36,346 bases of DNA from a virus (lineage: Duplodnaviria > Caudoviricetes): positions 1 to 36,346 of IMG/VR virus record IMGVR_UViG_3300032295_001243; one strand, given 5' to 3'. Both the position numbers and the translations under genes were made by a program. Below, one piece after another: positions 8,318 through 16,213 of the stretch. The notes below the pieces were generated by a model that saw only the letters and a list, made by a program, of their open reading frames with translations, was not told the origin of the DNA and ran no database searches. The stretch's first letter is position 1. Every line of letters begins with the position of its first letter.

Positions 8318-9078
8318 GGCTCCACCTCCGTTTCCGCTGTGGTTTCGATAGCCGCAAACGGGTCAATGCGTTCCTCGCGCTGAACGGGCGTTACGTTGCG
8401 AGCCTGCGTGAACTCAATTTCTTCCTCTTTTCGTATTACGTCTTGAATCTCGGGGGACAGCGGCAACCATTTACTTGCGCGTCTAAACACGGTCTTCTTC
8501 GCCATTTCATCAAAGTCGCTAACCCACGGGCCGGATTGACCAGAACGCGAACGCTTGCGGATAGCTTCGATTTCATCGCGCGTCATGACTTCGCTTTTCT
8601 CGCTGCCATCTTTAAATGTAATCAGGACGTAGTAAGCGTAAGGCGTGCCACGGTCTGCCGCGTAGTTCGGCTTGTGCGTGACAATGCGGCCACGGTCAAC
8701 CTCAAATGCGTCATTGATGCAAACCTTGTCAGCGTGAATGCTTGCCACTGTGCCGCTGCGCATGACAAGCTCGGCAATGCCTTTGTAGTCGAGAATCAAA
8801 GTGCATTCCTTGCCGTAGGGGATCAAATGCGCGCGGCGGCCGTCTGGCTCGATGCCAAGTGCGCTCAGGTCTAATAGGCACTTCATGAAGCTCTCAGGCG
8901 TGCATTCCTGCAACTTTGGCGTGCGTGTCAGCGCCGTGATGGCGACACGGGCAAAGCGGTCTGCGTTTAGGTGTTTCGGCAGCGCAAGGGCAAATTGCGC
9001 CTTTACGTTATCTTCAGATAGCAAGCCTTTCAGCGTACGCGGTTTTGTTGGTTTGGTAATTTCGTTTTCTGATTGCAT
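8314..9078 (-). CDS. recT: RecT-family ssDNA annealing protein
   Basis: 'LPKHLNADRFAR...CTPESF...AHLIPY..ECTLILDYKG...PWVSDFDEMAKKTVFRRASKWLP'. Confidence 0.93.
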   Translation of the reverse strand: MQSENEITKPTKPRTLKGLLSEDNVKAQFALALPKHLNADRFARVAITALTRTPKLQECTPESFMKCLLDLSALGIEPDGRRAHLIPYGKECTLILDYKGIAELVMRSGTVASIHADKVCINDAFEVDRGRIVTHKPNYAADRGTPYAYYVLITFKDGSEKSEVMTRDEIEAIRKRSRSGQSGPWVSDFDEMAKKTVFRRASKWLPLSPEIQDVIRKEEEIEFTQARNVTPVQREERIDPFAAIETTAETEVEP

Positions 9079-9092
9079 GGTGTTATTGTTTA

Positions 9093-10124
9093 TTATTTCA
9101 GCGATGAGTAAATTGCGCGGATTTCAGAAAGCGCCTTGTCAATTGCGGTTGCGGCGGCAAGGCAAGCCGCTTTGCCGTATGCCGTAGTTCCGATTGGCAT
9201 GTCAATAGCTTTGATTGCTTTTGCGTATGCTGCAATCTTTTCCTTGTCAGGCGCTAGCGCGGCTTTTTTCGCCTCAGCTTCGGCGGCTTCTTTTGCTGCT
9301 TTTTCGGCTGCGATTCTATCAGCTTCGATTTTGGCCAGTCGGTCGAACTCCGCTTTGGCCGCACGTTCGGCGGCTTCCGATTTCTCGCGTTGCGCCTTCA
9401 TCTCTGCTTCGAGCCGTGCGCGCTCTGCCTCTGCTTTTGCACGTTCCTCTGCAAGCGCCTTTTCCGCCTCATCAGCAATGCGTTTTTGCTCTGCCTCTGC
9501 CTTTTCACGCTCGGCACGCTCGGTGGCTAACTTAATCTGCATTTCTGCATGTTCTTTCGCTAATCGCTCGCGTTCTTCGCGCTCTGCTTTTTCCGCCGCG
9601 ATTCGCGCTTCTTCTTCCGCCTTTTGACGCGCAATGATCGACTCATGCGCAAGTTTTGCGTTTTCTAGCAATCCGGCAAACTCGTCATTAGACATGCGCC
9701 CAAAGTCAAAACTGGCGTAAGCATCGCTGTATCTTGCAATCTCTCCAATGCGTTCGGCGTGTAGCTTTTGCCGCGCTTCCTCGGCGCGAATTTCCGCACG
9801 ATCTTCGATTGCTTTCAACTCCTTTTCGATTGGCGCAGTTGCCGCAATGACGATGTTTTTTGCGCCGTCGATTGCGCGCCCTTGAACCAAAATATCCTGC
9901 TTCATTTCCTTGTGGATTTTGTCAGCGCCCGTGCGGATTTTAACAAGAGACAAGCGGCATTCACGCGCCTGCTTTTCTTGCATTGCGCTTTCTGGCATGG
10001 CAACGATTTCTTGCGCTTTTTCTGCCAGTGATTGAGTTTGTGTCAGCAAGTCGCCAAAACTTGCGCGTATTTTTACTTGGAAGTCAGGCGACACTTCCGA
10101 TAGTTCTAGTGTTTGTGTATTCAT
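9093..10124 (-). CDS. Long coiled-coil protein
   Basis: A/E/K/R-rich heptads; next to RecT. Confidence 0.75.
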   Translation of the reverse strand: MNTQTLELSEVSPDFQVKIRASFGDLLTQTQSLAEKAQEIVAMPESAMQEKQARECRLSLVKIRTGADKIHKEMKQDILVQGRAIDGAKNIVIAATAPIEKELKAIEDRAEIRAEEARQKLHAERIGEIARYSDAYASFDFGRMSNDEFAGLLENAKLAHESIIARQKAEEEARIAAEKAEREERERLAKEHAEMQIKLATERAEREKAEAEQKRIADEAEKALAEERAKAEAERARLEAEMKAQREKSEAAERAAKAEFDRLAKIEADRIAAEKAAKEAAEAEAKKAALAPDKEKIAAYAKAIKAIDMPIGTTAYGKAACLAAATAIDKALSEIRAIYSSLK

Positions 10125-10132
10125 GGTGTTGG

Positions 10133-10330
10133 TTAAAAAGCAAAGGTAAAGGCGAGCATGGCGATGCCAAAGCCGCTAGCGACTCCGAAAGCGTAAAGCG
10201 CGAACATGCCGAGCATAGGCGGCTGGCATTGCTCAGGCTCCGACAATCCAAGGCGAGCGCGTGTCTGGCTTGGCATTGAGTTAATTTCCGCTGGCATTGG
10301 CAGCGCGGGGATTGATGGTAGTGTATTCAT
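10133..10330 (-). CDS. Small protein with C-terminal hydrophobic helix (start re-called at MNTLPS)
   Basis: A-rich leader; 'MFALYAFGVASGFGIAMLAFTFAF'. Confidence 0.55.
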   Translation of the reverse strand: MNTLPSIPALPMPAEINSMPSQTRARLGLSEPEQCQPPMLGMFALYAFGVASGFGIAMLAFTFAF

Positions 10331-10350
10331 ATTTTGTAGTTGGTTGGAGA

Positions 10351-10515
10351 TTATTGGTCGCAAACAGCGGAACGCTTAACGCTCCACTTCCATTTTTTCG
10401 CAAAGTCTCTTGCTTGCTTTGCGGTTGCAAATGTCGATGTTGGGATCTTATCGCCTTTGTAGCGCATGAGAGTCCATTCTTCTCCTGTCTTGAATAGTAT
10501 TGCGGTTGTTTTCAT
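10351..10515 (-). CDS. 54-aa basic protein missing from the ORF track (MKTTAILFKTGEEW...AVCDQ)
   Basis: Hand-translated; first ORF after the promoter at 10559-10586. Confidence 0.65.
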   Translation of the reverse strand: MKTTAILFKTGEEWTLMRYKGDKIPTSTFATAKQARDFAKKWKWSVKRSAVCDQ

Positions 10516-10558
10516 ATTTTGGTTTGGTTAGTTGCTTGTCACTCGCGGCGACAGGGGA

Positions 10559-10643
10559 AGAATAGCGGAAACGTATTCGATGTAAAGCGATTTCGGAAAG
10601 TTTTTTCAACTATTTTTGATTTTGTTGATTTATCAAGGGTTTG
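10559..10643 (-). promoter_or_regulatory. Composite early promoter: TTTACA-N16-TATTCT, operator 10566-10579, IHF-consensus TATCAAGGGTTTG at 10631-10643
   Basis: Layout shared with 3604 and 13880. Confidence 0.75.
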
Positions 10644-10649
10644 CGGGTG

Positions 10650-11441
10650 TTAAAAAAGCGTCATTTGCGACTTCTCTCGCTCTAGCCATTGCAACGCCGC
10701 CTTGTGGAAATTCTTCTTGATCTCAAAGCCGTATGCGCTGCGGTTGCTGTGATGTGCCGCGACGATTGTTGATCCGCTTCCGCAACAAGGGTCGATAACA
10801 ACGTCGCCCTCATCGGTGAATAAGCCAATCAATCTTTTCAGTAGTTGCACTGGCTTTTGTGTTGGGTGAATCTTTTCGCTTTCGTTGTCACGCGGCCAGT
10901 CCATCGCATTAAAAACCATTTTTCCATGATTGTTAAATTTTGGCAACTTGTCGCGGTAGAGAATCAATCCGTATTCGCAATTGCCGACAACGCGCATATT
11001 TGCCTTCAGCACCTGCGCTGAAAAGTTCTTCACAAAAACAAGGTTGATGTAATTCATGAATCCATGCTCTTTTGCCTTCTCGATGATTTCCATTTGCTGA
11101 TCGAATGCGCAAAATACAATCATGCAAGGCGCTGTTCCTGTCTCTTTTTTGTTTTCTGGCTTTAGCATCCGTGAGCAAAAATGAAGAAACTCGGAAATGC
11201 GAAAATCTTTATCGGTGTCGAAAAACTCCTTGTTCGCAAGCTCGCTTTCGCCGTTCTTGCTGTCGCCTCCTTCATACCATGCGGGATTGCTACCGTATGC
11301 GTTTTTCCCCACATTATAGGGAATGTCCGCAATAACTAGCTGCGCTTTGGGGATGTTATGTCGCTTGAAATTCTGAAAATGGTCGTTGTAAATTTCATGC
11401 TTAATTCGTGGCTTTTGCTGTGTGTTTTCTGGTGTATTCAT
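10650..11441 (-). CDS. Beta-class N6-adenine/N4-cytosine DNA methyltransferase
   Basis: Motif IV variant DIPY near N-terminus, HPTQKP, motif I DPCCGSGST. Confidence 0.92.
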   Translation of the reverse strand: MNTPENTQQKPRIKHEIYNDHFQNFKRHNIPKAQLVIADIPYNVGKNAYGSNPAWYEGGDSKNGESELANKEFFDTDKDFRISEFLHFCSRMLKPENKKETGTAPCMIVFCAFDQQMEIIEKAKEHGFMNYINLVFVKNFSAQVLKANMRVVGNCEYGLILYRDKLPKFNNHGKMVFNAMDWPRDNESEKIHPTQKPVQLLKRLIGLFTDEGDVVIDPCCGSGSTIVAAHHSNRSAYGFEIKKNFHKAALQWLEREKSQMTLF

Positions 11442-11623
11442 ATTCTGTAATTCTTCTCCTTGTATCTTTTCTCATGCGCCTCAATCCGCCGTTGCACGAA
11501 CTCTCGATGCTCTGGATGATCGGCTTTTAACGCCGCTGCCGTGACGTTGATTGCCTGCCGCTCCCACGTTGGCGCTTGCTGCCAGTATTCGCGCAGTTGC
11601 GCTAGTTGGTCATCGGTGGTCAT
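11438..11623 (-). CDS. Hypothetical protein
   Basis: 61-aa ORF with ATGA coupling. Confidence 0.55.
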   Translation of the reverse strand: MTTDDQLAQLREYWQQAPTWERQAINVTAAALKADHPEHREFVQRRIEAHEKRYKEKNYRI

Positions 11624-11838
11624 GGCTTCTCTTTCTTACGCTTCCATGCCCTATTTGCGCGGTCGCTGTTCTCTTGCCACTTCGCCGCATAGCCTGTCTC
11701 GCGTTCCATCAGGAATCGGTCACAAGCGCGGTTGAATTCGACTTGCCAGAGTGGGGGTAACTCTGGTTCTTCCTCAACGCAAAAGACTTCCGCCCGTTGC
11801 GCCCCGCCGCTGATGTTGGTCATGGTTTTGCGTTTCAT
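11620..11838 (-). CDS. Hypothetical protein
   Basis: Coupled ORF; start re-called at MKRKT. Confidence 0.5.
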   Translation of the reverse strand: MKRKTMTNISGGAQRAEVFCVEEEPELPPLWQVEFNRACDRFLMERETGYAAKWQENSDRANRAWKRKKEKP

Positions 11839-12023
11839 AGCTTTAGCTTCCAGATGTGTAAGCGACCTTCGCAAATCGGCGCGGTAATCACAACGCCCTC
11901 GCGCTGCATTCGCTCCAGTGTCGCCATAACGGATGGGAGAGACTTCTCAGCGCGTTGGGCGATTGCGTCCGCTGTGGATTGGCCTGCCTCTAAATCGCGG
12001 CGTATGCGTTGTTCTAGGGTCAT
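11835..12023 (-). CDS. Small winged-helix protein
   Basis: 'STADAIAQRAEKSLPSVMATLERMQREGVV'. Confidence 0.65.
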   Translation of the reverse strand: MTLEQRIRRDLEAGQSTADAIAQRAEKSLPSVMATLERMQREGVVITAPICEGRLHIWKLKL

Positions 12024-12346
12024 TCTGATTCCTCCCATAATCCTAGAGTTCTCAGAAAAGCCTCGGCGCGTTGCGCGGCGGTGGCATCTAACAAATCAAG
12101 TCCAGATTGCTGATGGTATCCATGCGTCGGGCTCATAATGCGGGCTAATTTATCGACGAAATCATGCCGACTTGTCCAATCTTTTTCCCACAATGTTTGC
12201 TCCGCTTCATGCATCGCGTTGAGGTCGTTGAGGTAGTCGGGGATACCACGCGAGCCGACTTCTCCTACACGGCGAAAATATCCATCGGGGCGCATTTCAA
12301 AACCGCAAGCCTCGGCAATCTTGATTCGTTGTAGTTCTGGTGTCAT
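12020..12346 (-). CDS. Phage protein (NinX/ABA-sandwich-like)
   Basis: 'RIKIAEACG...PDYLNDLNAMHEAE...ATAAQRAEAFLR'. Confidence 0.6.
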   Translation of the reverse strand: MTPELQRIKIAEACGFEMRPDGYFRRVGEVGSRGIPDYLNDLNAMHEAEQTLWEKDWTSRHDFVDKLARIMSPTHGYHQQSGLDLLDATAAQRAEAFLRTLGLWEESE

Positions 12347-12347
12347 A

Positions 12348-12701
12348 TCAAAACGGGATTTCAGAATTATCATCCGTCGAATCAATCCACGAATCATCTT
12401 TCTTGGCAGGCGCGGATTGCTGCGAGCTGCCAAAGGTCAGCGTCTTGCCGTCTCCGATAAACACACGCGGTTCTTTCGCTTGGCGTGCTTCCTTGCTTTG
12501 ACGCATGGCGATGCTGTGCGTATTATCGAAGCGGTCAACTTCCTTGCGCTCTGACAGGTCACAGTCAAGATACGCGCCTTTCTCGCCAATGTAGATTGAC
12601 GGATGCGGAATGGCGACATGCCATGTGCCGTCCTTGCTCTGGAATTTGCGTGCGCCTGGGATTTTTAGCAGGTCGATTTTCAGTGGGTGGATTGTGCTCA
12701 T
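12348..12701 (-). CDS. SSB-like single-stranded DNA-binding protein
   Basis: Beta-rich core, flexible linker, acidic tail 'DDNSEIPF'. Confidence 0.7.
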   Translation of the reverse strand: MSTIHPLKIDLLKIPGARKFQSKDGTWHVAIPHPSIYIGEKGAYLDCDLSERKEVDRFDNTHSIAMRQSKEARQAKEPRVFIGDGKTLTFGSSQQSAPAKKDDSWIDSTDDNSEIPF

Positions 12702-12834
12702 TTGTTCTTTTTCTTACGTGGTTGTTTTGCTGCCCGTTGCCGTTGCGCGATTGCTGCGGCACTCATTGTTTTTTTGATCCCCGCGCCAAGGCGGGCTAGT
12801 GCCTGCGCGTGGGGATTCTTTGTTGTGTTATTGC

Positions 12835-13236
12835 TCATTGTTGTAAAAGTTTGATTGGCCATGCGTCCAAGATTTCGGCGCGGATTTGACGCATTGAGTA
12901 GTTGATAGCCTCTCCATATTCAAGGGGCTGAATCATGCGTGCGTAATCCAGAATCAAATCAATCGCCGCAATCGTGCTGCGCCATCCTGCTTCGGCGCGT
13001 CCTGCGCATGCGGCGATGTAGGCGGCGTTGTTTTCACTGGAAATATCGAAGCCTTTGTCTTGATAATTAAAGAACTGAGCCAGTTGGTTTTGTTTTTCTC
13101 CGCCCCGTAAAATGTAAGACGTGTGATAGGCTTTATGATCATACACGTTCCACTCCCCTTGTGTGCGTTTCTCCGACAATGCAAGCAATCGCTCGCACTC
13201 GGTTTTTATTAGTTGTAGGTGCTCTGTTGTTGTCAT
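12835..13236 (-). CDS. Ead/Ea22-like protein
   Basis: 'TQGEW...NNAAYIAAC' pattern. Confidence 0.55.
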   Translation of the reverse strand: MTTTEHLQLIKTECERLLALSEKRTQGEWNVYDHKAYHTSYILRGGEKQNQLAQFFNYQDKGFDISSENNAAYIAACAGRAEAGWRSTIAAIDLILDYARMIQPLEYGEAINYSMRQIRAEILDAWPIKLLQQ

Positions 13237-13243
13237 AGAGTTG

Positions 13244-13615
13244 TTAATTAGTAAATAATGAGTTGTAATCATCAATCCAGTCTTCTACTGCATCGCTTTC
13301 TCCGTCTTTTGGAATTACAGAGTTTTGTAAAATGTTCTTAGCTGATTCAAGCAACGAATAAACTGCTTTGTCTGACTTTAATGCTTCGATAACCATTTTT
13401 GGCGTAAATTCTATTTGGCTAGGGCATTCTTCCCAATTCTCCCAAAAACATTCATTGCCCATGCCTGCTCTTGTCCATTCATGGCAGCAAGCTAAAACTA
13501 AAAATCTCGCCATTGATGGTTTTGCTCTATATTCTTCTCCGCAATCTCTGCACCTGTTTTCAGCCATTGGCATTTGATCAGATCCGCAATGCTGGCAAAA
13601 TTCTGTGTTGTCCAT
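13244..13615 (-). CDS. Zn-ribbon-containing hypothetical protein
   Basis: CQHC...CRDC; AT-rich. Confidence 0.6.
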   Translation of the reverse strand: MDNTEFCQHCGSDQMPMAENRCRDCGEEYRAKPSMARFLVLACCHEWTRAGMGNECFWENWEECPSQIEFTPKMVIEALKSDKAVYSLLESAKNILQNSVIPKDGESDAVEDWIDDYNSLFTN

Positions 13616-13618
13616 AAA

Positions 13619-13858
13619 TTAAAATGCTGAGATTTTGTTTCCGTCGATGCAGAGAAGGTTTTTACCATGTCGAACGTATGATCCGTTTTTACCGGCAACA
13701 AACATGTCAATGTGCTTCTTGCTGTATTGCGTCGAGCGCATGTGATTGGTAATGCAAACGATGCGACCTTCTTCTAGGCGAGCTTTAATCCATGCAATTG
13801 TTTTGCGCGCTTTAGCCCAGCTTGCAAATCGGTTTGGTTTCATTTGTTCGTTCGTCAT
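13619..13858 (-). CDS. Hypothetical protein (start re-called at MTNEQM)
   Basis: First ORF after the promoter at 13880-13908. Confidence 0.65.
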   Translation of the reverse strand: MTNEQMKPNRFASWAKARKTIAWIKARLEEGRIVCITNHMRSTQYSKKHIDMFVAGKNGSYVRHGKNLLCIDGNKISAF

Positions 13859-13879
13859 ATCGTTTATTGTCTCGCCCCG

Positions 13880-13968
13880 AAAGTAATCGGAAACGGTTTC
13901 GTTGTCCACTAAATTCTGCAAGAAAAATAAAAAAAGTTTGTTTTCCTTGGAAAATCAAGGGTTGCGGG
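13880..13968 (-). promoter_or_regulatory. Composite early promoter: TGGACA-N17-TACTTT, operator 13888-13901, ATCAAGG box at 13954
   Basis: Layout shared with 3604 and 10559. Confidence 0.7.
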
Positions 13969-14034
13969 GCGGTGATTTTGCGATAATGTCGCATGAAATT
14001 TGCAAAAAACAGCTTTTCGTGCGGAAAATGGGCG

Positions 14035-14062
14035 TTGACAATCTGCGCAGGTGTGGTATTGT
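14035..14062 (+). promoter_or_regulatory. Sigma70-like promoter TTGACA-N16-TATTGT with extended -10 TG, pointing into non-coding DNA
   Basis: Near-consensus boxes; no credible plus-strand ORF follows. Confidence 0.75.
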
Positions 14063-14068
14063 GTTTTT

Positions 14069-14200
14069 GCGTTTGAGCAATGAGGGGCATTCGTAACTAG
14101 GACGTATCGCGGGGTTCGGTCATCCGACTCCTTGTTAGACTCGAAAGAGCGTAGGGGCTATCATTGCGGGATGTAGCGACCTGATCTCACTCGCGCCAAT
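14069..14200 (+). ncRNA. Putative structured ncRNA (family unknown)
   Basis: GCAATGA/TCATTGC stem, GGGGTTCGG/CCGACTCC hairpin, CTC-GAAA-GAG tetraloop; follows a promoter. Confidence 0.5.
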
Positions 14201-14268
14201 AGCGCCATGATCTAATGCAAAAGATGCCCTCTTTCGGGGCTATGCGGGTTAAAATCCCGCTGGCGCTA
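14201..14268 (+). tRNA. Non-canonical tRNA-like cloverleaf (68 nt, truncated anticodon arm)
   Basis: AGCGCCA/TGGCGCT-A acceptor; TG; ATCT/AGAT D-stem; GCCC..GGGC; GCGGG-TTAAAAT-CCCGC T-arm. Confidence 0.75.
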
Positions 14269-14538
14269 CTTCGCTGAATACGCGTTGCATTGACGCCCGT
14301 TCATGCGAATCTTGCGCACACTGAAAACGCCACGAGCTACAAGCCTTGTCATAGCGCCTCGGCACGCATCGTCAGTCACATCAGGTTCGCGCAGCCTGCG
14401 CTTTTCGATGTAGTCATCAATCGTAAACTCATCATCGCGCAAAGTGAAGTCACACGACATTTCGAGCGCCTTTTCCAGCGCCGTCAAAGTATTCCTTGTG
14501 GCGAGATCCAGACTCCGTTTTCCTTTGTTATTTGCCAT
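14266..14538 (-). CDS. Winged-helix-like hypothetical protein
   Basis: 'FTIDDY...CRGAMTRLVARGVF.VRK'. Confidence 0.55.
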   Translation of the reverse strand: MANNKGKRSLDLATRNTLTALEKALEMSCDFTLRDDEFTIDDYIEKRRLREPDVTDDACRGAMTRLVARGVFSVRKIRMNGRQCNAYSAK

Positions 14539-15215
14539 GCTTCCCAACTTCCGTTTTTAGTGTTTATGATGCCGTATAAAAAGCCGTTGCGATGCCCTAG
14601 CTTTGCGGGTTGCCTGTCGCTGTAACTCAGCTTGTCCAAGTCTGCCATGCACGCGACAGAAAACGCTTTCCCACCGTCGATGTGCCGCGCTGTATGTTCA
14701 TCCTTCGTGTGGCAATGACCATGCAGGCACTCGCCCCAGTTGTCAAAGTGAGCCTTTGCTGGATACATGTTCGAGCGGAAACCGTGAATCAGTTTTGGGC
14801 CGCCCTCTGGCATGCGCAGATACTTCGTCACCTTGTATTCGCAAAACGTGATCTTGCGGCGCTTAAATTCTTTCTCGCTGGCAATCACAAGTTCCTCGCA
14901 GCGTTCGCGTAACATACCGTCAGCGCAATGCGTGGCGTATTGGTAGATGCGGTCATCATGGTTGCCAAGCGTCAGAAAATTCGGCTTGTATTCGTCGAGA
15001 AAATTCAAGCCCTCCACGTAGTCATCGGAAATTCCGAACGCTTTTTCCTCTTGGCTCGCACCACGGCGCAATGGCGAGAAATCCCAAAGGTCGCCAAGGT
15101 GGATGCGGTATTGCGGCTTCCAGGTCTCGCAGAATGCCAGCAAGACTTTTTTCGCCTCGTTGCAGACTAATCCGCCGTGATTGTCAGTGGCGACGATGAA
15201 TTTTTTATGGCTCAT
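14484..15215 (-). CDS. Calcineurin-like metallophosphoesterase
   Basis: DNHG, GDLWD, GNHD, HG, GHCH motifs. Confidence 0.9.
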   Translation of the reverse strand: MSHKKFIVATDNHGGLVCNEAKKVLLAFCETWKPQYRIHLGDLWDFSPLRRGASQEEKAFGISDDYVEGLNFLDEYKPNFLTLGNHDDRIYQYATHCADGMLRERCEELVIASEKEFKRRKITFCEYKVTKYLRMPEGGPKLIHGFRSNMYPAKAHFDNWGECLHGHCHTKDEHTARHIDGGKAFSVACMADLDKLSYSDRQPAKLGHRNGFLYGIINTKNGSWEAWQITKENGVWISPQGIL

Positions 15216-15511
15216 AATTTCGCTTTGATTCCATCCCACGCGGGGAAGTAGATGTTCTCAATTGCTCGCACCACGGTTTCTTCCTCGTAATGCTCCAAAA
15301 ATGATGCGCCGCTAACATGCAAGGCGGCGTGTAGAATCTCATGACGTAGCGTTTCGCGTAACGTCTGCGCTTTGGCTAGGCATGCCGTGCTTATCAAAAT
15401 CCTGCGCTCGTCGAATAGCATCCGCCCGTAGTCCCCGCCGTCTAGCTTTTCAAGGGCAATCGTAAATCGAATGCCGCCGATCATGACTGACGATGGGAGT
15501 TTAGCCTTCAT
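15212..15511 (-). CDS. Small zincin-like (ImmA/IrrE-like) HEXXH protein
   Basis: 'TLRHEILHA...EE'. Confidence 0.75.
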   Translation of the reverse strand: MKAKLPSSVMIGGIRFTIALEKLDGGDYGRMLFDERRILISTACLAKAQTLRETLRHEILHAALHVSGASFLEHYEEETVVRAIENIYFPAWDGIKAKL

Positions 15512-16052
15512 TTGTGGAAATTGCGCCAGATGCCCTTACAAGGTAGGGTTTCACTGTTTCGGGCGTGTTTATGTAAATCGGTCTGCGCCGTGCAATACAG
15601 CGGCTTTTAGCGATGCGCGTGACGGTCACAGCGTCCGATTGGTTACCGCCAAGAACGTGATAGCATTCCGCATCCTCTGCGACGTAGAATCCAACGTGCC
15701 CGCCGCCATTGCGCGAGAAAACCAGAATGTCGCCTAGTCCCGCGGTTCCCACGGGTTTTCCGTAGTTCGCCCAGCTTCGCGCCCATAGCGGTGATTTGAC
15801 TACCTCGCCAATGTTCCCGCGCCGTTTGTAGGTGATATAAGCCGCAAAGAGTCCGCACCACGGGATTTCATCCGCCGTGTAATCGGTAAGGTCGCAACCT
15901 GCGTCCATCAGTTCCCGCGCCCATGCCATGATTGCCGCTTCATGTCGGCGCCCAGGTATCTCTGTCACGCCATACAAGCGCAACGCCTCGGCAATCGTGC
16001 GCGGCAGCGGATTGACGGATTCAAGCCAAGCGTATTTTTGTGGCAAGTTCAT
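15501..16052 (-). CDS. Endolysin, CHAP/NlpC-P60 peptidase (TIGR02594-like)
   Basis: 'DEIPWCGLF', 'ARSW', 'GGGHVGFY', 'LGGNQSD'. Confidence 0.88.
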   Translation of the reverse strand: MNLPQKYAWLESVNPLPRTIAEALRLYGVTEIPGRRHEAAIMAWARELMDAGCDLTDYTADEIPWCGLFAAYITYKRRGNIGEVVKSPLWARSWANYGKPVGTAGLGDILVFSRNGGGHVGFYVAEDAECYHVLGGNQSDAVTVTRIAKSRCIARRRPIYINTPETVKPYLVRASGAISTNEG

Positions 16053-16213
16053 TTGTCGGTTTCAACTTCAATTGCGCGGTATGGTTTGAAAGAATATTCC
16101 CCATACTGCCCGTGAACGGTAACTTTTCTGATGCTGCATGAGTTTAGCACCACGATCAATACCGCAAGCGTGATTGCCAGCGCGGTGAGAATGATTTTGT
16201 CGAAGTTTTTCAT
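16049..16213 (-). CDS. 54-aa lipoprotein missing from the ORF track; spanin-like candidate
   Basis: MKNFDKIILTALAITLAVLIVVLNS-C lipobox; ATGA overlaps on both sides. Confidence 0.7.
   Translation of the reverse strand: MKNFDKIILTALAITLAVLIVVLNSCSIRKVTVHGQYGEYSFKPYRAIEVETDK

Noticed and set aside
9093-10124. Coiled-coil protein as tape measure or TolA
   Set aside because: Low-complexity similarity only; it lies in the recombination module and the real tape measure is at 21474-22736
12778-12816. GC-rich intergenic hairpin upstream of the SSB-like gene
   Set aside because: No U-tract on the coding strand; could be a processing or stability hairpin but cannot be assigned
14069-14268. tmRNA, twister/hammerhead ribozyme or c-di-GMP riboswitch identity for the ncRNA
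   Set aside because: Too short for tmRNA with no tag ORF; catalytic or aptamer consensus cores were not found by eye
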